From Phoronis australis (taxonomy: Eukaryota; Animalia; Phoronida): a DNA stretch of 64,000 nucleotides. Location of the stretch: positions 415,143 through 479,142 of the forward strand of contig NMRA01000274.1 of assembly GCA_002633005.1 (NCBI GenBank), read 5' to 3'. The notes beneath the pieces were generated by a model. The model ran no database searches. It worked only from the letters and a program-made list of their open reading frames with translations, and was not told where the DNA came from. The translations under genes were made by a program, and so were the position numbers. This document shows, one piece after another, positions 1 through 14,400 of the stretch (position 1 is the stretch's first letter; each line of letters starts with the position of its first letter).

Positions 1-2046
1 AAACTGTTGAATATTTCATGTGTAACTGGCTTGTTTCCAAAATGTTTTCCAAGATGACTGAAGATATATGATACAAATGAGAGTAATGTTTAAACGTGTA
101 ATTGTATTGTTCAATATATTAAATGTTTTGGAATCCAAATTGCCGAGCCATAGATGGTGAGAAAACACCAGGCAGCTGGTCTGAGCATTGGGCAAACGTA
201 CCTCCCCCTCCTCCATAAAAAGTGTAAAAAATGAAAAATGTTAAAAATAAGAATAAATGAGGAGTTAGGGTTGGGTATCCGGCTCGCAGCACAAGTCTAT
301 GGCGTTTCATGAAAATGTTTTTAAGTCGTTAAAATAACTATTGTAAAAAGGAAAATATAAGATATTTTAATTTGTACAGATTCTTTGTTAAATAATGCAT
401 TTTTTATGATCAAGTTAAAGCAAATTATGTTAAAAAAAACGTCTCCGGACCAAAAGTACTGTTAATTACATTTGTATGTACTATGTACAGATGTAATTTT
501 AACGTGAAAATAAAAATGTCGAGTCTAAACCAAAATAAATGTATAAACTTTAACACGTCTTGTTTTCTTTGTACACACTACTTCATACACGCACCTGCGG
601 GACTGTGATTACCCAGGTTGAATGTAGAGGTTTCTCATAGACGGAACTGAGAAAGTTCGTTGAAGTAAGCGCAGATTTCATATATACACTAGTACGGAAC
701 TTCGCATGTTACATTCTAGTTTGGGTATTTACATGAATACAATAACTTGAGCGGTTCATATCTCGAAAGGGATTTTACGCTTGGGATGGAAATTTGGCCT
801 AGTGCTACCACTCCACACTTGCTGAAAAGGTTTAGCCAAGTAATTGGGGAGTACAGTCGGGAATGAATAAATTACCTTGGTAGTCGACAACCAGCTGTTA
901 TGTGCCAATTCTTGAAAACTGAACATGCGCTTCAGTGAGATCGCATTTCAAAATAGTGTGGAGCCAGAGACCGAATTTCCAAGTGAACTCGAGATTGTGG
1001 GTAGATGAAAATGCACTATTACAAAAGACTTTTAGTACCCTTAGTTACACTACTGAAAATTTCGTCGACTAGTCTGCGCATACCACTACATGTTTTGGAT
1101 GTGCAGGTAACATTTTAATATGAAAGAGGGCAGTAGAAGATGGCAAGATTTAGGTGATGCAATACTTTAACAGATCCTAACCATTTCTACGTGAAGGCAT
1201 CCTGAAATAGCACGACCAAAGGTACTCGAGACGAGGGCAAAAAATAGTTTCTCCTTTGACGTTGGCACTGGTCAGGGTCGACTCGTTAAAGCCTTATTTA
1301 CACACTCTAGTCAAAAAAGGCATGACTTGCAAAAACCACAGTTGATAAGGTTTCTCAAAAACGAAAAAAAATCAAAGCCGTGTCTTAGCTTTGCCACATC
1401 CATCGTAAAACACGAAATGCCAAATATTTTTGGCCTTGTACCTAAAATCACAAATATCCAGGTAAAAGAGAGGAGACAAGATTGCACTCTTATGATTCCA
1501 GCAAAATGAGTCATTGTCAACTTTTGCCAATATCCACTTGCCTGAAGGGTACCTGTATGCGCCCAAAATTCGCCACTGAACAAGGACGATGTGCCTACAT
1601 CCAGGTCGATAAGGGAGCGGCCAAATTTCTGTACTTAATTTACTCAAAACAACCTCCAGGAACTGCTGAATACCAAACATGACAATCACATATAGTCCAC
1701 AAAATGACCATAATATCTGAACCACTCAATTTTCTTCATTTTGGGGCCGAATTGTGGCCTTCCACCTTAAATCCACTATTGGCTAATACCCAGTGCAATA
1801 ACTTATGTTACGAGGTGCTGTTGGCCAGCTAGCTGTGGAACCCTCACATTAAGAGCTGTACATACAACAGATTAGTCAACTAACAAATCTGACACCGTGA
1901 CTAATCAAAGTACAACAGTGCTTTGCAGTTCATAATTTTTCCTGTATTAATAAGCCGTTGAATCCTAAAGATTGTACAATTATAAAGTTCCACATCCATA
2001 TACTAATGACCAAAGCAATACCCTTGTCAACAGGATTATGAACTTG

Positions 2047-2352
2047 TATCATTGGGTTGCTCATGCTGACAATGTTGACCAAGCGTGGAACAAGCACTTT
2101 GCGAGTTCAGCTCACAAAATCTCCCTGACATAACACTGTATTTTAAAAGTCACGCAAGCTTTAACGTGGTAGTGACTCAGTGATGTTGAATATATCATTG
2201 GGTTGCTCATGCTGACAATGTTGACCAAGCGTGGAACAAGCACTTTGTGAGTTCAGCTCACAAAATCTCCCTGACATAACACTGTATTTTAAAAGCAGAG
2301 CAGGTAGTCGCGCAAGCTTTAACGTGGCAGTGACTCTGTGATGTTGAATATA
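2047..2352. repeat. Tandem duplication (~147-bp offset) downstream of the COQ6 stop codon
   Basis: TATCATTGGGTTGCTCATGCTGACAATG...GTGATGTTGAATATA occurs twice; the second copy carries a short insertion. Confidence 0.9.
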
Positions 2353-2469
2353 CCCCAGACTTGCACCACGTTGCAGTTAAGATATATCGCATGTTCTTGC
2401 ATTATGCTTGAAGCTGGTGGGTGCTCAGATGTGCTCAGTAGCATTTGCAACTTGCCTTATGCCAACATC

Positions 2470-5400
2470 TTAGTTTGAAGCAAACTTCATAAACTGTTCC
2501 TGAAATGAAGAAGATGACACTTATTGACCCCAGAGGAATTTTCACATAGAAGAGGTGTATGGGACATATCACTCAAGATGACTTTTCACAACTAGTTTCC
2601 CCACAAATGGTTGCCTCTTCTGAAAAATCCCTACTGGGATTTTCTGTAGATAAGCCCAAAGGCGTGTATTCGCAAAATGAAAAATTTCAGGCATTTTAGT
2701 AACACCAAATAAATGCCCGGGTGTTTATTTGGAAAAGGAGGGGCGTGTAAAGGGAAAGTTATATAGTTTTGTTGATATATTTTACTTAAATTTTTAAATT
2801 TTATGTCAATAAATGCATAGGGAAAATCCCTACCATAGGATGCCTTTTCCAACATAATTCCCTAATGCACAAGGGTTCACTTTGGGAAATTCTAAAAAGA
2901 TTCCATTTTCTAAATGTACAAATCTACAAGTTTTTAGTATTGTCTATATTTTTAAAACTTTGCGGCAAAACATGAACTCATTTTTGACAACATGGCATCT
3001 GCTCTTGTACTATTGTTTCTAACAACATGGCATCTCTTATTGGGACTGCTTCAGACTTCATTGCTTAAACATCCAGCAGGTCAAGAGTCCCTATGAAAGG
3101 GATGGGTTTATGGAATTAAGCTCTACAGAATGGTGGCATTTCTGGAGCAAAGCCCCACCTAAGAGGGACTTTTTCATGGAAGCGCCCTCCAAATGGGTCC
3201 CTTTTTGTATCCAGTCCCTAAATAGGGGGTGGGTATTCAAAATTTCCAGTTGCACTTCCCTTACCAAAAGATAATGGGCAGGCTATTGAATTGTGCATCA
3301 AAACTAGACAACAAACACCAGCTCACACTGTGAATAAATGTGTGTGGTGAGCCTGTAGTTCTGTATTTTGACTAGAACGAGTGGCTACCATGAGAGATTC
3401 AATGGTGGGCTGCAGGAGAATTGATGGATACAAGGGGAGGGTGATTGGAAACTGAGAGAAACCAAAATTGTAATGATCCGCGGAACTCAAGAAAATGCCG
3501 CGGTGAATGGTTAAATTAATGACTTTATTTATGTGAAGCGTGACGGGACACCACCTTCACCTCATCTATCAAAGGAGAGGGACATTGTCCCCATGTTTAG
3601 CACACAGCAATTAAATGCATGGTGGGGGCTGTCGGAGATATAACACAGATGTGAAATGAATGCCAGATGTTACCTTGAGAGGTGTCAAAGCGTTTGTGGC
3701 TTGGAGTCCCAGAGATCTCAGAAGCACTACTGGGCTGAAGCGTGTCCCATACAGCCGATTTAAGCCATCCATGGCAGCCATAGTTGGTATTACGCGACGT
3801 TGTCGTTCAGTTTCATATTCCAATAAGTGTGTAAGCGAACCTGAATGTATAGTACACCATTGACATGATAAACATTACCATAATCAAAACTTATATCAAG
3901 AACAAACAAATATGTTTTAATCCAAAACATATAAAATGAAAAAAATAAATGTTCACATGCAACGTCCAACACGTGTATCACGCGGCTTCGTCATCGCATG
4001 ATTACACAGTACGTATATGTTCCCTCCGTTACATAATCGACTATCTGACCAGTTTGTTGGTATACGCAACTCTACAATTTTTGTCCACTTAATGGTGAAG
4101 AAATGCCAGTCTCCCTCTTGGTAAAGTTCATTGGAAATGAATTTGTAGTATTTTTCTGCACAACAGAGGAAGCAAAAGGTGCAAGGGCAATTGCATGCTA
4201 TATTTCTATGCAACTGTGACTAACTAATGGACAAATACATAACTCCAGTGCCTGTTTGCATGAAGCAGTCCCAATTTTGGTCTCCCAAATAGGGACTCAA
4301 CTGAAATCCCTAAATCTACTGCGAACCTGTGGAAACACTGATTGTCTACACATACGCTGTTTTATATTCATCACTAAATCAATTTTTGGCTTTGATACAG
4401 ACTGGGAGTAAACTCTGTGTTTAATTCTCAATAATATTGAAAAGTAAGTAGGGGTCTTTATCATACGGCTCCCCCAATTTAAGGACCAAGTCCCCATTTA
4501 TTTTCATTGACCTAGTGGCTCAGGTTTTAGTTATATTATTAGTTAATGCCATTAGTCAAAGATGAGTTCATATTAGAAATAAAATGCTAGAAAAAGATTA
4601 AATCTGATTAAAGAATGTCACAAATACTAAAAAGATTTAGGGAACTTAGTACATAACTCTTTGGGACTGTTTCATTCAGTCAGGCACTAAGACCTAATGA
4701 AGAATTACAGGCACTAAGACCTAATGAACAATTACATAACTATTGGCAGAAACGAAGCGACTTAAGTACCGATATCTCCTCCACTTGCTGCAGTCTTCGC
4801 AAGAATCCTGGTCAGCGCTGCAACATCGCCAAACCCTAGGTTTACACCCTGGCCTGCTAAAGGGTGGATTCGGTGGGCAGAATCTCTACAAAGTAGAAAT
4901 GCGAGATACTCAAACAGTTTTTAAGGAGTTTAAGATTAGACACTAATCATTACTATACATACAAGTAACTTGGAAGCCAGGTACAATAGTCATAACTTCA
5001 CATAACAGCATCGTCTAAGTAGGTTAAGGTCACTGGAATCGCAAACAGCAAGTAGTTAGCATCTAGGATTTTAAAGCTTTCTGTCAAAGACAACCTTCGA
5101 GTCAGACCCCTAACTGTTACAAAGATGACCCGGACTAGTTCCCTACTCATATTAAAGGTAATTTCTGAGCTAGGGGAGAACCGACTGCTAGTCATTCATT
5201 GCTCAAAACCAAGCGCAATAATTTGACTAGTCGCGGTGGGTCATTTTATGCAGTGGTCTCAGTTCTGTCCAAGCCTAGAAATTGTTTCTCACCCAAGTAA
5301 AACACATGTTAGTGGTTTAAATCAAATGTCGTCAACAATGGACACAAAAAAATAAACTTGTACTCAAGGTGGACAATGCGATGGAGCTAATTGATACACA

Positions 5401-8400
5401 CATCTGCTACGTCTTGTTAATATCTGTCTAAGGCGCAAATATAAAAGAAAATCAAAAAAAACAAAACAAAAACTAAACTTGTACTTGAGGTGGACAATGC
5501 GATGGAGCTATATGACAACTCTCGTGTGACATCTATAATTGATACACACATCTTCTGCTAAGTCTTGTGAATATCTGTCTAGGGGGCAAACATAAAAGAA
5601 AAGCAACAAAAAAAAAAAAAAATTGGCAACAAAAGGCACAGCAGTACACAAACTTGTCTGAAAGTCGTCCTCATCTTGTGTAAAGTCCAAAGTCAAAACT
5701 TCACGAAAGATACCCATATGAAAATGACTATAATATGTGCCGAAGTATGTGTATAGAAATTAGTCATTATGTAAAGTTGGTCTCAGTACTCAGTCCTGAA
5801 CAGTTCCAATAGATGATATGAATCTTTCAACGTACCCTATAAGAGCCATTCTGTGTTGGACATAGTGATTACTGTGACGAAGACCCAGAGGAAACATGGC
5901 ACGATTATCGTCCACACCAGAGATAGTAGGAGGTAACTGACCGACTGATGGCCCTCCTGACGAGAGACAATGAACTAACCTGAACTGACAACTACTACAG
6001 TAAAAATCATCAAATTGAAACAAAAATAAAAACTAAAACATCATTTTTCCATTTTTCAGAGACTACATCATTGCAATGCAAAAATTTCACATGCTGTCAT
6101 TTGACGATAGCTATATCAAGCAAACCATGCTAAATCAAAATAAATTTTTGTAAAAAGTTACTTTTACTGTGTTAGTTTACAAAACGAAATTGTCGGATAT
6201 GGCATGCCTACATTTTGAGAACCAGTTTTCTCTACTGAATAACGGACATCAAACATTTTCTCAAAATGTGGGAAGGTTATACCCGACTATTGTCGAATTT
6301 TACAGTAACCGAAGTTATGAATCAAAGTGTCAAATTGCAGGGCAGAGATCCCTTTTCATCCAAGCAAGGAACAGGCCGGTTCCACTTTTTAATTAATTTT
6401 TAACAATGACAGACATAATTATTTATGAAGGCAGGCTTATAAATTTTGGCTTGTTTCGTACACTGCTTCAACAATTGCAACGTAAAGTAATGTATTTCAG
6501 ACTTTATGATTCAACACTATTAAGTCTAACTGTGAAAGTTTCCAAAACTAGATGTAATATAATTATTGCAATTTCTCCATACAATGAATAGCACAACATA
6601 ACAAATCCTGGAAATCTCGACTACAACCCCTCTTTTTGACACCTTCCTCTTGAAATTTCATTTGACAAGCAATTATTTCTGAGTCAGAAACCTTAATAAG
6701 TACCTACTGTTTGAATTAGTTGCAAGCCAATTAATGTACAATGCCTAGACAGCAACATTATAATTGTCAGGAAAGAGGAACAAATGACGTACCTGGTATT
6801 GTACTCTTGAGAATCTGTTGAAACATTTCCCCAACTCTCACTGCAAGATCATCCTTTTTAGATTCATCCCACTAGAAAAATGCACCAAGGTTTGATGACT
6901 GACTACTGATAACAATCGACTATCAATATCTATTAAAAGAGATTTCTGCTATTATATTAAAAATATATTATATGACTTACTAATAGCTTGCTTAAGTGGT
7001 TTCAGTGCAAAGATATGGATAGTGTTCCCCATAACGTTTTGTCATGATACCGAGTAAAGATTTTGCCACAACTAGATTGGATCAACTCCAGTTAAGACAC
7101 ACGATTGGTTCTCGTAGACGACTTCCAGCTTACAGACCAATGAGATCTGTTAGCCGGTTGATGCAGCAAGACCAGCAGATAATCAAGTGCCGTCAATTGG
7201 TATGTGAACAGTAGTTCCTATTCAGATTTAAACTTTATATTTTGGAGAACAAAACAGCAAACTAATAGATAGTATAAAGCTGAAAGTTTCTTCAAGTAAA
7301 TAGTAACCTTTTTGTATTTTGTGACATTATAAACACTTTATGAACTGGGCTAATTNTACAACAATGGCGTTACAACGCCACGGCAACAAATATGTAAATA
7401 ACTTTTTATAGCGACGTACAATTCAGTTAATGTTAAGAATATTGCAAGAATAATTATAAACACGAATTTAGAGCATATTGTTGTTCAGATTGGTTGAGAC
7501 CTTGCAATTTACACTTTAATAAGTACCTACTGTTTGAATTAGTGGCAAGCCAATTAATGTACAATGCCTAGATAGCAACATTATAATCGTCAGGAAAGAG
7601 GAACAAATGACGTACCTGGTATTGTACTCTTGAGAATCTGTTGAAACATTTCCCCAACTCTCACTGCAAGATCATCTTTCTTAGATTCATCCCACTAGAA
7701 AAATGCACCAAGGTTTGATGACTGACTAATGATAACAATCGACTATCAATATCTATTAAAAGAGATTTCTGCTATTATATTAAAAAATATATTATATGAC
7801 TTACTAATAGCTTGCTTAAGTGGTTTCAGTGCAAAGATATGGATAGTGTTCCATTTGCAAACAATGTTCTCCATAACGTTTCGTCATGATACCGAGTAAG
7901 GATTTTGCCACAACGAGATTGGATCACCTGTACGGACACTTTGACATTACATAAAAACTCCAGTTAAGACACATGATTGGTTCTCGTAGACGACTTCCAG
8001 CTTACAGACCAATGAGATCTGTTAGCCGGTTGATGCAGCAAGACCAGCAGACAATCAAGTGCCGTCAATTGGTATGTGAACAGTAGTTTCTATTCAGACT
8101 TAAACTTTATGTTTTGGAGAACAAAACAGCAAACTAATAGATAGTATAAAGCTGTAAGTTTCTTCAAGTAAGTAGTAACCTTTTTGTATTTTGTGACATT
8201 ATAAACACTTTATGAACTGGGCTAATTGTTATGCAACAGGTGACTGATGGTACAAGACTACAGTCAACATGCAATATAAACCAAAGTCGGTCACTGAGAA
8301 ATAAACTGAAAATGACTGCTCTTAGATAAAGAACACAATTTGAGAGTGAATGGTAATACAATGCGGGCGTATGTTTTCAGCATTGTGTGGAAGAATAGTA

Positions 8401-11400
8401 ATAATTCGTGCATTGAAATGGATCAACTATGAAACTGAGTATTCACGAAAAGTTAGGGTTATAAATACAGGTAAGTTACATTATTTAACTGGCATATTTG
8501 ATAGACTACTTACAAGTGCAGTATTTAGTGCATCAACGAAAGCCTCGGGGGCTAATGAACAGAGCATTTTTGCCTCCTCAGGGGTTGTTGTCCAGACAAG
8601 AGAAGTTCTATTGTCCGACAGCTGGAATCAAAATGACACAGTGGGTAAAACAATGGTAGATACGGAAGAACAAGAAGCACCAAAAACTTTACAGCTCCAT
8701 TCAGATCTTTGGTCTAAAAGTACAGTTTGGAATTGAATAAAAGACACAACAGCGTAGCCTGCTCAACTGTAGTCCTGACGGTGTTTGTTCTCTCAAATGA
8801 TGGAAACAACAGTGCATTCTGTAATACAAGCGGGAGGCGCTTGATTGTAAAAGACATCAATACCAATGAATTCAGTTGGGTTGCCTGCAGTGGGTCTTCT
8901 TTCAAAATAAACCAGTGTTGGCTTAACCTGTAGCTATACACTTACTTCCCGTCACAAAAACCAACTTTTGATTTAGACCATGTTATGAGGTTTCAATTTG
9001 CTCCATAGTCGAAATAGAGCAAATTTCAGGGCTTGGAAAGAACTGGCAACTTGTTATTGGTTAACACCAAGCTCTACAAGTTGTTATTGGTTAACCCCAA
9101 GCTCTACAAGTTGTTATTGATTAACACCACGCTCTACAAGTTGTTATTGGTTAACACCAGGCTCTACACATTGTTATTGGTTAACACCATGCTCTACAAG
9201 TTGTTATTGATTAACACCACGCTCTACAAGTTGTTATTGGTTAACACCAGGCTCTACACATTGTTATTGGTTAACACCATGCTCTACAAGTTGGCTTTGC
9301 ATGGCGAGTCACTTAATGAGCCGAGTATGGCCTCAAGCTATAACAAACTGCTATTTTTTTGAGCCTCAAAAACCACTTCTCATCTCAGTTAACAACAAGC
9401 TGAGATCAGTTTTTCAGCGGCAAGTTATCTAAAACAACAGTTTCTTTGACGGAGTGTGGATTTACAGATTCTCGCAGCCACCTAATATACTGTACATCCG
9501 TAGTATTTATTCAGATTTAGTGAACTCCAGGGAAAAACTTAGTGGTGAAGCCACTGAAGTTCAACAACAACAAAAAGTACTTTACCGGAAGCAAGGCAAT
9601 GGGTCCATTTTTTACGAAACGTTGCCAAGCAACATTGTTTTCCATTGGCTGAAACGACAAGAAAGTAGTTGATACATTTTAAAGAACACTGTGATGTAAT
9701 ATAGGAATGACAAGTTGAAAAGCTTGTAATGTAGGAATGGTGAACACATATCATTATCATCATACCAACTTTTGTTGAGCAACTGCTAACCAGTTTTTGT
9801 ATCGGACCATATTTGTTTTTCTCAAACCAGCCTTGTAACAACAAACAAGCACTGGCACACGCTTCAAGGAAGAACTAAAACAGTGTACATATTGCCCCGC
9901 ACACTTNCACTTAACAAGCTGAGATCAGTTTTTCAGCGGCAAGTTATCTAAAACAACAGTTTCTTTGACGGAGTGTGGATTTACAGATGCTCGCAGCAAC
10001 CTAAAATACTGTACATCCGTAGTATTTATTCATATTTAGTGAACTCCAGGGAAAAACTTAGTGGTGAAGCCACTGAAGTTCAACAACAACAAAAAGTACT
10101 TTACCGGAAGCAAGGCAATGGGTCCATTTTTTACGAAACGTTGCCAAGCAACATTGTTTTCCATTGGCTGAAACGACAAGAAAGTAGTTGATACATTTTA
10201 AAGAACACTGTGATGTAACATAGGAATGACAAGGGGAAAAGCTGGTAATGTAGGAATGGTGAACACATATCATTATCATCATACCAAATTTTGTTGAGCA
10301 ACTGCTAACCAGTTTTTGTATCGGACCATATTTGTTTTTCTAAAACCAGCCTTGTAACAACAAACAAGCAATGGCACATGCTTCAAGGAAGAACTAAAAC
10401 AGTGAACATATTGCTGCGCACACTTCACTACCATACGTTTATAAATATGGTTACCATCTTTAAAATTTCCTTATGAGCAGGGGGCATGTCACACTTGTGA
10501 AGTGAAGTTTGTAAAGACAATACAACTTTAGATACAGACATTTCTTACATGACCTGAAATGTGTTACGACAGGACTGATTAATATCACAGAGTATGTAAT
10601 TTTTTGATATTACATGGGCGAATCACAAAGTAGTGCAAATTTGAAATTCATACGCCTTACATTTTATCGCCTGCAAAACACTAAAACAACCAAACGCGTG
10701 CCAACCAAACAATGCTGGAATTCCGAGAAGGTGACAAGGTTATGATTGACAAATTGGGTGTCGCAACTGTACATACTCCCAGTCAGGACATGCAAACAAC
10801 TTTTAAAACAAACCCATCTTTGACGGCGAATTCCATATCCACGTTCATTAAAACGGAGACGAGCCCCAACTCAAGAAACGCGGTGAGACTGTCTGGTTGA
10901 GCTGTCTCAAGGTCAACTCAGTGCCCATGCTCGGGGAAACCTTGCTGACTGTTATTTATAAACATTTTCTAAATTTTAATATTACAACAGTTACTTCAAA
11001 GACCATTTATTACATTCTAACTTGAATATTTGCTACAAAAGCTGAATGCAATTTACAATTGTTAAGCATAAAATAAAATTATTAACAAAAAGTAACTGAC
11101 TTACTTTACACTGCGCAAGCGCGTTTTTACAAAAGTTGCGTCACCTGATTGAAAGTTTTAGAACGTCAAATTTTTCAGCAAAAAAGGTCATTTTTACCGT
11201 TCATGTGAGAAAAAAAAATCCTACACTAATCTCGGATAAATGACATGGGAAAAACCTCTTAGAAATTTCCAAGAGGTTTTGCTCATGTAATAAACCTGAG
11301 ACGAGTGTAGGATTCTCTATCTTTAATTTTGACAAAAATAATTGTGACAATTGCAATTCTCCAAGTTCAAAGAAAGATTACACAATATCAAAATGCTTAA

Positions 11401-14400
11401 AAATTTGACTAAACCACCTTCACTTTTTGATAACTGTTCAGCACAAACGGTGCTAATTACAAAATTTCAACAATGTACTTTTGTTAAGAAATTTGACAAA
11501 ATGAAATTTCACTAGAAACAACTACCCCAATGTGCACTCAATTGAAGAGTGTTTGCCATTCACTGCATGCATTCTACATCACGCCGCTTAACAACGGTGG
11601 AACCATTCCAAAATATGTTGGAATGACAACATTAATAACAACAAATTAGAACATTTTTTCAGACTGACCTCAGGCAGGTGAAGTGTAGCTACTACGGCCC
11701 ACTGGTTGTACTCCCAGCCCACAGTGGACAGTCCAGCTGCCTTGCGGACACCGGAATGTATACCATCAGCACCAATCTAGAAGAAACAGCTTTGATATGA
11801 ATGATGATCTCATTGGGATCCGTTTCTTAAAACAGTTTAAAACTCATGGTTGTCTTTGGCTGACTGATGAAGCTTTCCAACTGAAGTTTAAATTCCACAG
11901 CGGAATAACCTTGTAACATGTCTCTGCATGATACATCCTACAGATACACCCACTCTCCTTTTTAAACATCAGAGGCCTATTAGGAAATGAAACTGAAATT
12001 TTAAATATGTAGTAAAATGACTTGATAGCACAAACGTTGGATAACTATATGCAGTGCTTTCCTTTGCGTCCATAAAGTAATAACTGGCGCATATAATCCC
12101 GACAATGACAAACTGTCCGTGTAACACAATTTTAAAAACAACTGATCACAAGCCAGAGTTGTCTTGTGATAAAAACAAATAGTATCCCTGTGCATTTAGA
12201 ATTACTGTCTCATCACACATAAGGCAATAGAAAATACGTCATACTGAAAATTAATGCACTCGCTTCAACAAACACGTACCAATAACCGAGCACTGACAGA
12301 GCTGTCATCATTCAACAATATCTTAACACTTGGGTTATTGAAGCCCTCAGATGAGACAGGCTTTGGCAAGTCATAGGCCTTCGCCGATGTTTTGTAGCGA
12401 ACTTCAACTCTGTCTTTAACTTTTTGCAGTTGTCTCGTTATGGCTTCTACAGTAACATCATTTTCAACAATGTAAGAAACGGGTTCTGTCATGTCGTTGT
12501 TGTTAAATGTGATCATTGAATCCGAGCACTCTTCCCAAACCTGTATGAATGCAAAAACGTCAATCTTCAATTATCAGTTGTAAATAAATGCATAAAAATA
12601 TCTGACAACAAAAATCAACAGAAATCAGTGCGCAAGGGTCTTTGAACACTATATATATCCGGGCTACATTCAAAACATGTTGCTTTTAATCATTATCAGG
12701 CAACTGCTGAAAAAAATGGTTATTAATATGTTAAGGCAGTTGATATTTGTAACGAAGCATCTTTAATTAATAGGTATCTTCCGTTAAAGTACTGTACAGC
12801 AATAATTGTGTAGGCCATCAAAATCCACAATGTATGGCTACGATAAACAAAGTTCACAGAGGCAAGCTACACATGCAATAGATAAACTTCATTCTGTGGT
12901 GTGTTTGTGTAGAATTACAAACTCGCCATCTAAAAAAACAATGACTTTTATTCTACACAAAAACAAATTTTAAACTTTTTGCAGGTGGTGCTACATATGA
13001 CGTTACCATAATCCAAAAATTCAACCAAACCATACTGCAACAAAAAGAGCATAATGAAAAACTCCTATACCAATCTGTCCCTTCACATAACACAAGTACT
13101 GTTACATTAAGGAGATTTAAACCCGCGTTCCAAACAAGAAACAAACTTTTGATTGAGATCACTTACCGCTAAGAAACTGACATCAACTTGTTCCTTAATA
13201 ACATGGGAAGTGACTTCTGGGTTTGAAAAGAACCGACAGTTCGTTATTCCTTGAAACCATGCTCCGCGCATAAAATAACATTAAATGACAAGCCAACTTC
13301 TAGAGCTTGGTGTTAAGTAATAACAATTTTTAGAGCTTGGTGTTAAGCAATAACAACTTCTAGAGCTTGGTGTTAAGAAACAACAACTTCTAGAGCTTGG
13401 TGTTTAGCAATAACAACTTGTAGAGCTTGGTGTCGAGCAATAACAACCAGTCGGTTCTTTCAGAGCCCTGAAATCAACTCAATTTTGACTGAGGTGCAAA
13501 TCACAATTGCATTTCTGTGACGGAGGGCAAGCTTATGGCTTCTTTAAGGATGACCAACATGAACTTAAAGTTACGCTATATCATATGCCATGCATTAGGT
13601 TGTTTCATGAAACTTTTCTCAGTACTACCTGCAAGCGTGCCACCTGGTGTGCTCTCATTCCCACAATTTCCTCCCACGCACCAAAGCCTGAAAAATAAAC
13701 CGCTGTTGATAAGATTGACAACTAAACGCATTAGCAATTACCTGACAATAATAATTAACTTGGAGCAAATATCACACACCGTGGAAAACTTCCACATGAT
13801 AGCAATTCACAAAGCCAAAGCAACAGAGACTGTAAAAGTTTTAAACCGAAATTGACTGTTGTGACGCAGATATTCTGGGAGCATTAAATGTAAAGACATA
13901 CTCTTTAAAAAATGCACATGGCTGAAGGACAGTAAAGACCACATTTCTCGATTTGCATATTTACTGCTTTTTAGCAACTTCCTTTCCAAGATGACAGAGA
14001 ATATATCTCTAACAGACTTAACATATTTCATTAATGGAAACAGAAGTTGGATTTTTTTTTGCATAAGATTATGTGAAAGGCAATTTTTCTAATTTCTGAA
14101 AATCAAGAGTGAACCGATTCGGTATCAAAAGATGCAAAATAGGCACTGCTTGGCTTGTGCTGTGACTAAACCGACATTTACTCTACAGCTGTCAACATAT
14201 TCAAATAGCTTCTGACTTTTTCTAAAGATGGCATTGTTAAACTATAAACAGCATTGTCAAAATCAGCAAAGTCAGACATGACAATTATACCAAACACAAA
14301 ACTGTTGAATTGGTTGAAAAGAATTCTTCAGTTTTTGAAAATCTAGGTCATTTTATGTTCAACATTTTTTGAGAAACAAAAAGATAAATCTGCGTTGCAA

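Noticed and set aside
820-1770. Autonomous transposon at the window start
   Set aside because: Only one TTAA-adjacent end-like sequence (~1760-1770) is visible, with no matching second end and no transposase ORF. At most it is an old remnant.
9033-9362. 30-bp repeats as a CRISPR array or as the repetitive [13 protein letters not shown]
   Set aside because: The units are contiguous with no spacers, there are no cas genes, and the context is a eukaryotic intron. The ORF is only the translated minisatellite.
6793-10167. Mutually exclusive alternative COQ6 exons
   Set aside because: The duplicate exons encode identical peptides and sit in blocks separated by single Ns, so haplotype duplication is simpler.
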